NCBI RefSeq assembly: GCF_054482525.1 | Contig: NZ_CM137006.1 | Length of the DNA: 64,000 nucleotides | Strand: one strand, 5' to 3' | Made by a program: the position numbers and the translations under genes | Part shown: piece after piece, positions 35,556 through 46,380 of the stretch | How the letters are laid out: every line of letters starts with the position of its first letter | Numbering within the stretch: position 1 is the first letter of the stretch | Notes under the pieces: generated by a model | What the model was told of the DNA's origin: nothing | The model's input: the letters and a program-made list of their open reading frames with translations, nothing else | Databases searched by the model: none

Positions 35556-36848
35556 TCACAGATACGGCGACCAGGCAGGGAATTTGACCTGTCCATCAGT
35601 TGCCGGAAGACGCGCTTTGAAACGCCCATCTGTAGAAACCAAATTCAGCACGGATCCCATCCCCTGAGAAGAGCTGTAGATTACCATAGTGCCGTTAGGT
35701 GCCAGACTTGGCGTTTCATCCAGGAACGTGGACGACAGAACTTGTACGCCTCCCGTTGCCAGATCTTGTTTGGCAATGTGCTGCTGCCCACCATTGGAGC
35801 TGACCATTACCATAAATTTACCGTCGCTGCTGACATCCGCATCCTGGTTCTGCGAACCTTCCCAGGTAATACGTTGTGGCGCACCGCCGTTGATATTCAC
35901 TTTATAAACCTGTGGACGACCGGCCTGGTCAGAAGTAAATGCCAGGTTCTGGCTGTCCGGGAACCAGGTCGGTTCGGTATTGTTACTGCGACCATCCGTC
36001 ACCTGGCGGATCTGACCAGAAGCCAAATCCATTACGTACAGGTTCAGACTACCGGTTTTCGACAAGGCGAATGCCAGTTTGCTGCCGTCTGGCGAGAATG
36101 CAGGTGCACCGTTGTGACGCGGGAATGAAGCCACCTGACGTACAGCGCCATTTGCCAGCGTTTGGATGACCAGCGCGGAACGACCGCTTTCGAAGGTCAC
36201 ATAAGCCAGTTTAGAACCGTCTGGTGACCACGCCGGAGACATCAGCGGCTGCGGTGAACGGTGAACGACAAACTGGTTGTAACCGTCATAGTCAGATACG
36301 CGCAGTTCATACGGGAACTGACCGCCGTTGGTCTGAACAACGTAGGCAATACGGGTACGGAACGCACCTTTAATGCCGGTCAGTTTTTCAAACACTTCAT
36401 CACTGGCGGTATGACCAGCATAACGCAGCCACTGCTTGTTCACTTTGTACGAGTTCTGAGCAAGTACAGTACCCGGTGCGCCGCCAGTGTCAACAAGTTG
36501 ATAAGCAACATTGTAAGAACCATCCGGATTCGGAGTGACCTGACCGACAACTACAGCGTCAATGCCCAGTGCGGACCATGCAGCTGGTTGTACTTCCTGC
36601 GCACTACCCGGCTGCTGTGGCAGACGAGCGCGATCTAACGGATTAAATTTACCGCTGTTACGCAAGTCAGCAGCAACGATGCCGCCAATATCTTCAGGTG
36701 CCGCACCAGGACCCGCCCACTGGAAAGGAACAACTCCAATAGGACGACCGGAATCTACACCGCTGTCGATCACAATGCGGACTTCAGCATGCAGAACTGA
36801 TGCCCACAGTATGAGAAAACCAAATGCTACTCGTAATGCCTGCTTCAT
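35556..36848 (-). CDS. tolB: Tol-Pal system periplasmic beta-propeller protein TolB
   Basis: 430 aa [30 protein letters not shown]. Confidence 0.95.
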   Translation of the reverse strand: MKQALRVAFGFLILWASVLHAEVRIVIDSGVDSGRPIGVVPFQWAGPGAAPEDIGGIVAADLRNSGKFNPLDRARLPQQPGSAQEVQPAAWSALGIDAVVVGQVTPNPDGSYNVAYQLVDTGGAPGTVLAQNSYKVNKQWLRYAGHTASDEVFEKLTGIKGAFRTRIAYVVQTNGGQFPYELRVSDYDGYNQFVVHRSPQPLMSPAWSPDGSKLAYVTFESGRSALVIQTLANGAVRQVASFPRHNGAPAFSPDGSKLAFALSKTGSLNLYVMDLASGQIRQVTDGRSNNTEPTWFPDSQNLAFTSDQAGRPQVYKVNINGGAPQRITWEGSQNQDADVSSDGKFMVMVSSNGGQQHIAKQDLATGGVQVLSSTFLDETPSLAPNGTMVIYSSSQGMGSVLNLVSTDGRFKARLPATDGQVKFPAWSPYL

Positions 36849-36980
36849 CATATCTCCCTTATCTGGACCGATGGCCCACGATAATTTAGCAGAATGTTAA
36901 CAAACTAAAATACACAAAACTACCAGAACCCCGTGGCAACCGGTGCCTGATGTTGACCGTCGGAACAGTCAACATCGCGA

Positions 36981-38246
36981 TTACGGTTTGAAGTCCAATG
37001 GCGCGTTTTTGAACACTTCATATACTGCCTGGCTTGGTGGTTTCGGGATCTTCGCAAGTTTAGCTGCTGCCAACGCAGCCTGACAAAGTGCGGGATCGCC
37101 ACCTTCAGGTTTGATATCCAGTAACATACCATCGGGTGCCAGTTTTATGCGCAGCGTACAGGTTTTGCCTGCATAGGACGATGCGTCATAGAACTTACTT
37201 TCGATAGCAGATTTAATCTGCCCGGCATAGTTATTGATATCGGCCCCTGATGCGCCATTGTTTTTAGTATTACCACTCCCGGCTGGCGAAGCATTGTTCC
37301 CTTTCGCCCCTCCCCCCGTTTTCGGTGCATTCTTACCAGAGCTTAGCTCACCGAAAATATCATCTGCCTCTGCGGCAGCTTTTGCTGCAGCGGCTTTTTC
37401 AGCTGCTGCTTTTGCCGCTGCCGCTTTTTTGTCTGCGGCGGCTTTTTCTGCCGCTGCTTTCTTATCAGCTGCTGCCTTTTCAGCAGCCGCTTTTTCTGCT
37501 GCTTTTTTGTCGGCTGCAGCTTTCTCTGCTGCCGCTTTCTTATCAGCTGCAGCCTTTTCAGCAGCCGCTTTCTTCTCAGCTTCTGCTTTGGCTTTTTCAG
37601 CAGCTTCAGTTGCCGCTTTCTTTCTTGCTTCAGCTGCAGCTGCTTCTGCCGCTTCCGCTTTCTTCTTCAGTGCCGCCGCGGCTGCCTCGGCTTTTTTCTG
37701 CGCTTCGGCTGCGGCTTTGGCGGCTTCTGCTTCTGCTTTTTTCTTCGCGTCTGCAGCCGCTTTCTTCGCAGCTTCTTCCGCAGCTTTAGCATCCGCTTCG
37801 GCCTTCGCTTTAGCATCTGCCGCCGCTTTCGCTGCCGCTTCTTCCGCTTGCTTCTGCTTTAACTCGGCCTGTTTTGCGGCTTCTTCAGCCTGCTTTTTCT
37901 GTTCCTGAGCAGCTAACCGCTCTTTCTCAAGTTGCTTCAGGCGTTCCTGTTCAGCCGCTTGTTTCTCACGCAGTTCTTCAGCGGCCTGCTGTTCCTTCAT
38001 CTTGCGCTGCTCATCAGAACGCTTCGCGCTTGATTCCTGGCTTTGCATGCGTTTGTACTGCTCAACTACCGCACCTGAATCAACCATGACAGCGTCGATG
38101 GATGAACCACCGCCGCCTCCGGCTGAAGCTTCTATATTCTCATCGAACGAACTCCAGATCAGCGCCGCAAATAAGATGACATGCAGCACTGCTGAAATAA
38201 TTATCGCCCGCTTGAGCTTGTCGTTTTGTTCGGTTGCCTTTGACAC
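36981..38246 (-). CDS. tolA: Tol-Pal system protein TolA
   Basis: 421 aa MSKATEQNDKLKRAIIISAVLHVILFAALIWS with long Ala/Lys/Glu-rich helical domain II. Confidence 0.95.
   Translation of the reverse strand: MSKATEQNDKLKRAIIISAVLHVILFAALIWSSFDENIEASAGGGGGSSIDAVMVDSGAVVEQYKRMQSQESSAKRSDEQRKMKEQQAAEELREKQAAEQERLKQLEKERLAAQEQKKQAEEAAKQAELKQKQAEEAAAKAAADAKAKAEADAKAAEEAAKKAAADAKKKAEAEAAKAAAEAQKKAEAAAAALKKKAEAAEAAAAEARKKAATEAAEKAKAEAEKKAAAEKAAADKKAAAEKAAADKKAAEKAAAEKAAADKKAAAEKAAADKKAAAAKAAAEKAAAAKAAAEADDIFGELSSGKNAPKTGGGAKGNNASPAGSGNTKNNGASGADINNYAGQIKSAIESKFYDASSYAGKTCTLRIKLAPDGMLLDIKPEGGDPALCQAALAAAKLAKIPKPPSQAVYEVFKNAPLDFKP
37370..37910. repeat. Internal low-complexity tandem repeat DNA inside tolA (domain II)
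   Basis: Repeated gctgc(n)gc(t)tttt... units encoding KKAAAEKAAADKKAAAEKAA; also produces stop-free antisense frames. Confidence 0.85.
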
Positions 38247-38310
38247 TCTCGGTTTCCAAAAACTGTTCGCCTGTTACCCGCTCTCTTTCAAGCAAGGGAA
38301 ACGCAGATGT

Positions 38311-38739
38311 TTAGATAGGCTGCGTCATTAAACCAACCGATTTCACACCCGCACTATGTAACAAGTTCAGTGCTTTAATTATTTCATCGTAAGGCACATC
38401 TTTTGCGCCACCGATCAGAAAGACCGTTTTCGGGTTGGCCTTGAAACGGCTGGACACTTCCGCCACCACCTGCTCTGGTGGTAAACGCTCCAGGCGATCT
38501 TTATCAACCACCACGGTGTACTGACCAATACCAGACACTTCAACAATCACTGGCGGATTATCGTTACTGCTCACCGCCTGTGATTCAGTAGCGTCTGGCA
38601 GATCGACCTCCACGCTCTGGGTGATGATGGGCGCTGTCGCCATAAAGATCAGCAACAGCACCAGCAGTACGTCCAGCAACGGTACAATGTTGATTTCGGA
38701 CTTGAGATCGCGACGACCTCGTCCACGCGCTCTGGCCAT
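38311..38739 (-). CDS. tolR: Tol-Pal system protein TolR
   Basis: 142 aa MARARGRGRRDLKSEINIVPLLDVLLVLLLIFMATAPI. Confidence 0.95.
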   Translation of the reverse strand: MARARGRGRRDLKSEINIVPLLDVLLVLLLIFMATAPIITQSVEVDLPDATESQAVSSNDNPPVIVEVSGIGQYTVVVDKDRLERLPPEQVVAEVSSRFKANPKTVFLIGGAKDVPYDEIIKALNLLHSAGVKSVGLMTQPI

Positions 38740-38742
38740 GGC

Positions 38743-39836
<1,094 letters not shown>

Positions 39837-39985
39837 TTTACATCCCGGTAATGCAACAAAAGTTAGAGCTTTTAAACGCTGCTACTATACGCGCGCGATT
39901 GAGGTTTGGGAATGAGGGCAAGTTAAGGGAGCGTAAAAATTTATGGGCCTGGAGCGGCCCATAATTTTTTAAAGAGAATTCTGAT

Positions 39986-40279
39986 TTAAAAGAAGAAGAA
40001 AATCAGCCCGACAATGAGAACAATATCGGCAAGCAATGGGCAAAAAATCCCTTGCCAAAGAACCTTCTGCGGACGAAAGCCCACGCCGTGAATCACACCA
40101 GCACAGACGGCCCACATCAGCAATAAACCATGCCAGATTTCCAGTTCACTGGTCTTCGCGGCGAAACGTGATGGGTCCCAAAACATACATCCTGCTAACA
40201 GAAGCGCCATCACGAAGGAAAGCGCCCGCAGGGGGCGCTTGTCCATTACCGCATACAAGGTTGCGATAATCTTACTCAT
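39986..40279 (-). CDS. ybgE: Small inner-membrane protein of cyd operon
   Basis: 97 aa hydrophobic ORF MSKIIATLYAVMDKRPLRALSFVMALLLAGCMFW. Confidence 0.88.
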   Translation of the reverse strand: MSKIIATLYAVMDKRPLRALSFVMALLLAGCMFWDPSRFAAKTSELEIWHGLLLMWAVCAGVIHGVGFRPQKVLWQGIFCPLLADIVLIVGLIFFFF

Positions 40280-40392
40280 CAGATGTCTTCTTGACCGGCT
40301 TTGCCTGATTCGACGTGCTCAAGCGCCAGCGCGGTGATTACCCCAAACGAACAGGCAAGAAGCGTTCCCAGAATCCATGCGAAATACCACAT
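40279..40392 (-). CDS. cydX: Cytochrome bd-I oxidase small subunit CydX
   Basis: Hand translation: MWYFAWILGTLLACSFGVITALALEHVESGKAGQEDI (37 aa); stop overlaps ybgE start by 1 nt; not in supplied ORF track. Confidence 0.88.
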   Translation of the reverse strand: MWYFAWILGTLLACSFGVITALALEHVESGKAGQEDI

Positions 40393-40406
40393 TTTTAGCT
40401 CCTTAC

Positions 40407-41546
40407 TTAGTACAGAGAGTGGGTGTTACGTTCAATATCTTCTTTGGTGATACGACCGAACATTTTCCAGTAACACCAGGCGGTGTAGAGCAGAATGATC
40501 GGTACCAGAACCACCGCAACCCAGGTCATGACGTTAAGCGTCAGCTGGCTGGATGTTGCATCCCACATTGTCAGACTTGCGTTCATCATGGTGCTGGACG
40601 GCATCACAAACGGGAACATTGCGATACCGGCAGTCAGGATGATGCAGGCCAGCGTCAGGGAGGAGAACACAAACGCCCACGCGGCTTTATCCATACGTGC
40701 AGTCAGGATGGTCAGCAGCGGCAGAACCACACCCAGTGCCGGAATAGCCCACAGAATTGGCGTGTTGTTGAAGTTAACCAGCCATGCGCCAGCTTCACGA
40801 ACCACTTCTTTATTCAGCGGGTTAGAGGCTGCGTAATGGTCCATTGTCGATTTCACGACATAACCATCGATACCGTACATCACCCATACGCCAGCCAGTG
40901 CGAAACAGACCAGTGTCACCAGTGCCGCCACCTGAGCCGTTGCACGGGTACGCAGGTGCAGTTCGCCCACGGTACGCATTTGCAGGTAAGTCGCGCCCTG
41001 AGTAATGATCATCCCTACGCTCACCACGCCAGCCAGCAGGCCGAACGGGTTAAGCAGCTGGAAGAAGTTACCGGTGTAGTACAGACGCAGATATTCATCA
41101 ACGTTGAACGGTACGCCCTGCAACAGGTTACCGAACGCCACACCAATCACCAGCGGCGGAACGAAGCTACCAATGAAGATGCCCCAGTCCCACATGTTAC
41201 GCCAGCGGGTTTCTTCAATCTTGGAGCGGTAGTCAAAACCGACCGGACGGAAGAACAAAGATGCCAGCACGAGGATCATCGCCACATAGAAGCCGGAGAA
41301 CGCAGCGGCATAGACCATCGGCCAGGCAGCAAAGAGTGCGCCGCCCGCGGTGATCAGCCAAACCTGGTTACCGTCCCAGTGTGGTGCAATGGAGTTAATC
41401 ATAATTCGACGCTCGGTGTCGTTACGACCGAGGAAACGGGTGAGCATGCCCACCCCCATGTCGAAACCGTCAGTGACTGCAAAACCAATCAGCAGAACGC
41501 CAACCAGCAGCCACCAGATAAAACGCAATACTTCATAATCGATCAT
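40407..41546 (-). CDS. cydB: Cytochrome bd-I ubiquinol oxidase subunit II
   Basis: 379 aa MIDYEVLRFIWWLLVGVLLIGFAVTDGFDMGVGML. Confidence 0.95.
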   Translation of the reverse strand: MIDYEVLRFIWWLLVGVLLIGFAVTDGFDMGVGMLTRFLGRNDTERRIMINSIAPHWDGNQVWLITAGGALFAAWPMVYAAAFSGFYVAMILVLASLFFRPVGFDYRSKIEETRWRNMWDWGIFIGSFVPPLVIGVAFGNLLQGVPFNVDEYLRLYYTGNFFQLLNPFGLLAGVVSVGMIITQGATYLQMRTVGELHLRTRATAQVAALVTLVCFALAGVWVMYGIDGYVVKSTMDHYAASNPLNKEVVREAGAWLVNFNNTPILWAIPALGVVLPLLTILTARMDKAAWAFVFSSLTLACIILTAGIAMFPFVMPSSTMMNASLTMWDATSSQLTLNVMTWVAVVLVPIILLYTAWCYWKMFGRITKEDIERNTHSLY

Positions 41547-41561
41547 TTGACGACTCCTGTC

Positions 41562-43130
41562 TTAGCGTGCCGGCTGAGTAGTCGTGGAAGACTGCTCAAA
41601 GTGATAGCGACCGGTTTTCAGGCTGCTTGGGCCGAGGCGTGCAAACTTGAACATTAAGAACAATTCTGCCACCAGGAACAGGGTATACAGGCCGCAAATC
41701 AGCACCATTGAGAAGATGAGATCGCCTGCGGTCAGTGACGAGTTCGCCACAGCTGTCGGCAGCACTTCACCGATAGCCCACGGTTGGCGGCCATATTCAG
41801 CCACGAACCAGCCCGCTTCTACAGCAATCCACGGCAGCGGAATACCGTACAGCGCGGCGCGCAGCAGCCATTTTTTCTCGCCAATGCGGTTGCGGATGAC
41901 ACTCCAGAAAGAGAGCGCGATGATTGCCAGCAGCAGGAAGCCACACGCCACCATGATACGGAACGCGAAGTACAGCGGCGCTACACGCGGAATGGAGTCT
42001 TTGGTTGCCTGTTGAATCTGCGCTTCAGTCGCATCAGCCACGTTTGGCGTATAGCGTTTCAGCAGCAGACCGTAACCGAGGTCTTTCTTCATGCTATTGA
42101 ACTGGTCACGAACCGCCTGGTCGGTAGAACCAGAACGCAGTTGCTCGAGCAGAGAGTACGCCTTCATCCCGTTACGAATGCGTTCTTCATGCTGCACCAT
42201 CAGTTCTTTCAGGCCGATAACTGGAGTATCCACGGAACGCGTTGCAATGATGCCCAGCGCGTAAGGGATCTGGATCGCAAATTTGTTCGTCTCCTCTTCC
42301 TGATCAGGAATGCCGAACAGAGTAAAGGCAGCAGGCGCAGGTTGCGTTTCCCACTCGGCTTCAATAGCAGCCAGTTTGGTTTTCTGCACGTCGCCCATTT
42401 CGTAACCAGATTCATCACCCAGAACAATAACAGACAGAACGGCAGCCATACCGAAGCTGGCAGCGATAGCAAAGGAGCGTTTAGCGAAGGCGAAGTCACG
42501 ACCTTTCAGCATATACCATGCGCTGATACCGAGGATGAACATCGCGCCAGTCACATAACCAGACGCTACAGTGTGAACGAATTTCACCTGAGCAACCGGG
42601 TTAAGCACCAGCTCGGAGAAGCTCACCATCTCCATACGCATAGTTTCAAAGTTGAAATCGGACGCGATTGGGTTTTGCATCCAGCCGTTCGCAACCAGAA
42701 TCCACAGTGCGGACAGGTTTGAACCGAGCGCCACCAGCCAGGTGACACACATATGCTGAACTTTACCCAGACGATCCCAACCGAAGAAGAACAGACCTAC
42801 AAAGGTGGATTCGAGGAAGAAGGCCATCAGACCTTCGATTGCCAGCGGCGCACCGAAGATATCCCCTACATAGTGGGAATAGTAAGACCAGTTAGTCCCG
42901 AACTGGAACTCCATGGTCAGACCGGTTGCCACACCCAGAGCGAAGTTGATACCAAACAACTTGCCCCAGAACTTGGTCATATCTTTATAAATCTGTTTGC
43001 CGGAAAGGACGTAGACCGTTTCCATAATGGCCAGCAGGAACGCCATACCGAGCGTCAGTGGCACAAAAAGGAAGTGGTACATCGCGGTCAAGGCAAACTG
43101 TAAGCGCGACAGTTCGACTATATCTAACAT
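41562..43130 (-). CDS. cydA: Cytochrome bd-I ubiquinol oxidase subunit I
   Basis: 522 aa from [31 protein letters not shown] (second Met of supplied ORF). Confidence 0.95.
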
Positions 43131-43935
43131 CATGACTCCTTGCTCATCGCATGAAGACTCCGAGAGTGAACCCCGTTAGAAAGGGTCACACGCATGCCCC
43201 AATACAAAATTATTTGCTCGCCTCTATCGTTGCCATTTCATCAAAAGAGGAAAAGACAATGATAAAAAAGTTACAAATATGTTAATGAATAAACCAAATT
43301 GATCCCGTAATTATATTACGCCGCAAAATCCTTACAATAAACAGGTTTTTATTGAGCAAATTTGCATTTTTCGACAGTGATCAATTTATAGCGAAATTGT
43401 CACGATCTCACCAATTTGATCTACGACAATTTATCGTGTTTTGCAGATTTTTTTCAAGAATTAAAAATTGATTTATATCAAAATCAACCAAATATGTTAA
43501 TTATGTATAAACCATAGATTATTGGTAATTTTATTGTTAATTTATTGTGAAATATTTATACAACACAATTATTACAATGAAAAGGTATAGATAAAAAACC
43601 AGTGTTTTATTTAACAGAACCGCCCTATCCACTTTTTATAATACCAATTGATTAGAGTAGCCAATTTGTTGCTATTTTACATAACATATTTTTATCAAAG
43701 TTAATTGATTGTTGCCTTTATGAGCACCGACCGTAAGCCCGTTATGTTATTGTTTCATTAGTAATAATCACTTAAATGTATCGATGAAACAGGTATGACT
43801 TAGCGGGAGTGATTGTTTCTGAGTGAACAGAGACCACTTTCGCCTGATAAATGAAAAATGAGCGATTTTTGCAAGTTAGTTTTTCTATAGCCGAGTACGC
43901 TCAGCGCCTCGCTTGATTACAATGAGGTTGCTGCT
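43131..43935. promoter_or_regulatory. cydA upstream control region (long AT-rich leader/promoter region)
   Basis: ~800 bp AT-rich non-coding DNA upstream of cydA; contains a perfect FNR-type box; cydAB is known to be FNR/ArcA/H-NS controlled. Confidence 0.8.
43468..43481. promoter_or_regulatory. FNR binding site
   Basis: ttgatttatatcaa = perfect TTGAT-N4-ATCAA. Confidence 0.75.
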
Positions 43936-44880
43936 ATGAGTCCTGATAATATCAGTTCTGCTGTCAATCGCTTCTCAGGTTGGCCATCTAATAATCCTCT
44001 AAAAACAGATAACGAATCAATGACATCACCCATGACTGTGCAGGTAATAAAGATGATTGCCGCCATCCTTGACCCACATCGAATAGTCGTTGGAATCGAT
44101 ACACTTTATACAACGCAGCGCGAAACATTTACCTCAGAGAGTCAACAGCTCATTGAATCAGCATTGCAAACACTTCATGTGATGAATTTAAATAACCTGG
44201 AAACAAATCTCGATGAGGAAGGTCACTATCTGGCTTTTGGATATAACGTTGACACTCCTGACAGAATAACCGTTTCTGCTTATAATGAAAAAAAGCCTGG
44301 CTGCTATGGCCAATGTCTTTTAATACAGGATGACGAAACAGACTTATTTAACCTGATAAAAGTTAAAATTTATGAAGCCAGGCATAATTATGTCGCTCAA
44401 TTGATGAGCGATCCGGAATTTATGTTCAAATTTAGTTATAGCGCTCAACAAAATAGATTAGAACCTCATCTTCTGGTTCCCACTTATTTCCCTCTAAAAA
44501 CAAACGAACCGGTTACGCCAGAGGATGTACTGTTACTTTATCGTTTCTTTAAAATGGATGGTGATTTTAATATATTAACATCAGATGAATACATGAGTAT
44601 CATGACACCTCTGATGAAGTGTGAGCGCAGCATCCACGACCACAACAGGTATGTGACGGGCAAAGATACCCTTCTTCTGGACTATCCTCCTTCTGGTAAC
44701 CAGATATATTTCCATATTTTTCCTGACGAATCAGCAACACTAGTCCTTTATTTTTCAAACAATGACATTGAATGTTTCGTCTTTGAAAGAGATATTCCGA
44801 GCCAGTATCGCTTTTTCAAAATGTTTACCAATCTGGCACTGGTTATTGATCAGTTAACCGATGCCAATCAAATACTTTAA
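43936..44880 (+). CDS. Hypothetical protein, 314 aa, AT-rich gene, no family recognised
   Basis: Intact ORF with SD-like gagg upstream; codon usage and GC clearly lower than flanking genes; Ser/Pro/Asn/Thr-rich N-terminus without hydrophobic signal peptide. Confidence 0.7.
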   Translation: MSPDNISSAVNRFSGWPSNNPLKTDNESMTSPMTVQVIKMIAAILDPHRIVVGIDTLYTTQRETFTSESQQLIESALQTLHVMNLNNLETNLDEEGHYLAFGYNVDTPDRITVSAYNEKKPGCYGQCLLIQDDETDLFNLIKVKIYEARHNYVAQLMSDPEFMFKFSYSAQQNRLEPHLLVPTYFPLKTNEPVTPEDVLLLYRFFKMDGDFNILTSDEYMSIMTPLMKCERSIHDHNRYVTGKDTLLLDYPPSGNQIYFHIFPDESATLVLYFSNNDIECFVFERDIPSQYRFFKMFTNLALVIDQLTDANQIL

Positions 44881-44960
44881 TTTTTATATATCCCCTGTGG
44901 CAAATATTGCTAAACAATGCCCGGGGATTAATTTTTATTACTCACGGAAAGATTTAAATA

Positions 44961-45383
44961 ATGATCCCATCTCAAATCTCTTTCAACACCCTTCCTGTCA
45001 ATGCAACATACGCTTCAGAGACAACAGTTGACACACAAAAATTCTCTGACATCCTCTACTCAGCGGGGTGTTCCCTAAAGGATCTGGCTTATCTGAGCAG
45101 ATGTCTGGCATCAATACATCCGACTATCGCCAAAAACATTTATGAAACAGAAAATCTCAGCGATCAAAAATTACTGCATATTGATTTCCGTAGTACAAAT
45201 GAAATCAAGATAAATATCTTTTTTGGTCAACAACGAGAAGGATTAATTGAAATTAATTCTGACACTGTCATTTTTCCGATATTGTCTTCATTAATTGACT
45301 CCGCCATTTCTAAATTTCAACACCAAATCCCCGTTAACGGTTCAGTAAATCCTGACCTATTGTATGAGGATTATACTGATTAA
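44961..45383 (+). CDS. Hypothetical protein, 140 aa, apparently acidic, AT-rich gene
   Basis: ORF 80 bp downstream of the 314-aa gene, same strand, same low-GC composition. Confidence 0.6.
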   Translation: MIPSQISFNTLPVNATYASETTVDTQKFSDILYSAGCSLKDLAYLSRCLASIHPTIAKNIYETENLSDQKLLHIDFRSTNEIKINIFFGQQREGLIEINSDTVIFPILSSLIDSAISKFQHQIPVNGSVNPDLLYEDYTD

Positions 45384-45930
45384 ATCCCTCCTGTCGCGAA
45401 AAATGGCCTGCGTTATTGCCAGACGTAATAAAACTTTTGATTAACGTTACTCGTACTGGTAGCACCTTCATGTACTTTTCTTTTTTACGAAAAATCAAAA
45501 GAGCTAACAAAGGTCATAATTCGCATGAATCATTAATTATTTGTTATTTTCAACATTATTTTTACATTAAGCAGAGATGAATTGCAGTGAAATTCGACTT
45601 AACTTTTATGAAATGCATTTACTCATAGCTAAAGCCACGTCACAAAAATGCAAATTAGAAGTTGATCACAATTATCTCAATACATCAAATCAAGTTAATT
45701 TTAAAAATTTAACATTCATGACATTAGTTGACATAACACACTGAATTAAAATGAGAATTTGAAAACACACTTTAAACAATCATTTCCCGAAAGACATTTT
45801 GAAAATAGATCAATTGCAACATTACGGTCAGATAAAGACACTCCTGTGATATTAAACCTGTGCCGTTATGAGCGGCCATAAATACGACGTGTGTAACTTA
45901 TTTTACTCTCTGTCTTACAAAGGATTACCC

Positions 45931-46380
45931 ATGAAGAAAGCAACACTTGTGATTGGCGTTATTGGCGCGGACTGCCATGCAGTAGGCAATAAAGTTCTGG
46001 ACCGCGTTTTTAGCAACCATGACTTCAGAGTTATTAATCTGGGCGTAATGGTCAGCCAGGACGAATATATTGATGCTGCCATTGAAACTGGTGCTGACGC
46101 GATTGTCGTCTCCTCTATCTATGGGCATGGCGATATCGATTGTCTGGGCATGCGCGAACGCTGCATCGAGCGTGGGCTGGGTAACATCCTGCTCTATGTG
46201 GGCGGTAACCTGGTGGTCGGAAAACATGACTTCGCTGACGTGGAAACCAAGTTCAAAGAGATGGGATTTGATCGCGTCTTTTCCCCAAGTCATGACTTAG
46301 AAGATGTTTGTCAGCTGATGGCCCACGATATCAACCAACGTCATGACGTTGATACTCGCATTCTTGAAGAGGCAATCTGA
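45931..46380 (+). CDS. Glutamate mutase S (sigma) component, B12-binding subunit of methylaspartate mutase
   Basis: ORF 45868..46380; start [21 protein letters not shown] at 45931 with SD aagga; DxHxxG cobalamin-binding motif (DCHAVG); ~149 aa, similar to clostridial GlmS/MutS. Confidence 0.88.
   Translation: MKKATLVIGVIGADCHAVGNKVLDRVFSNHDFRVINLGVMVSQDEYIDAAIETGADAIVVSSIYGHGDIDCLGMRERCIERGLGNILLYVGGNLVVGKHDFADVETKFKEMGFDRVFSPSHDLEDVCQLMAHDINQRHDVDTRILEEAI

Noticed and set aside
37234-37908. Ala/Leu/Ser-rich plus-strand ORFs (224 and 154 aa)
   Set aside because: Antisense/alternative-frame artefacts of the repetitive Ala-Lys-Glu coding repeat of tolA
40377-42722. Plus-strand ORFs of 426, 312 and 122 aa
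   Set aside because: Antisense to cydB and cydA, which are well supported on the minus strand; His/Arg/Gln-rich low-complexity products typical of spurious frames
45384-45930. Cobalamin riboswitch upstream of glutamate mutase
   Set aside because: Region is extremely AT-rich and lacks the GC-rich conserved B12-box core expected for a cobalamin riboswitch; left only as an unexplained long leader
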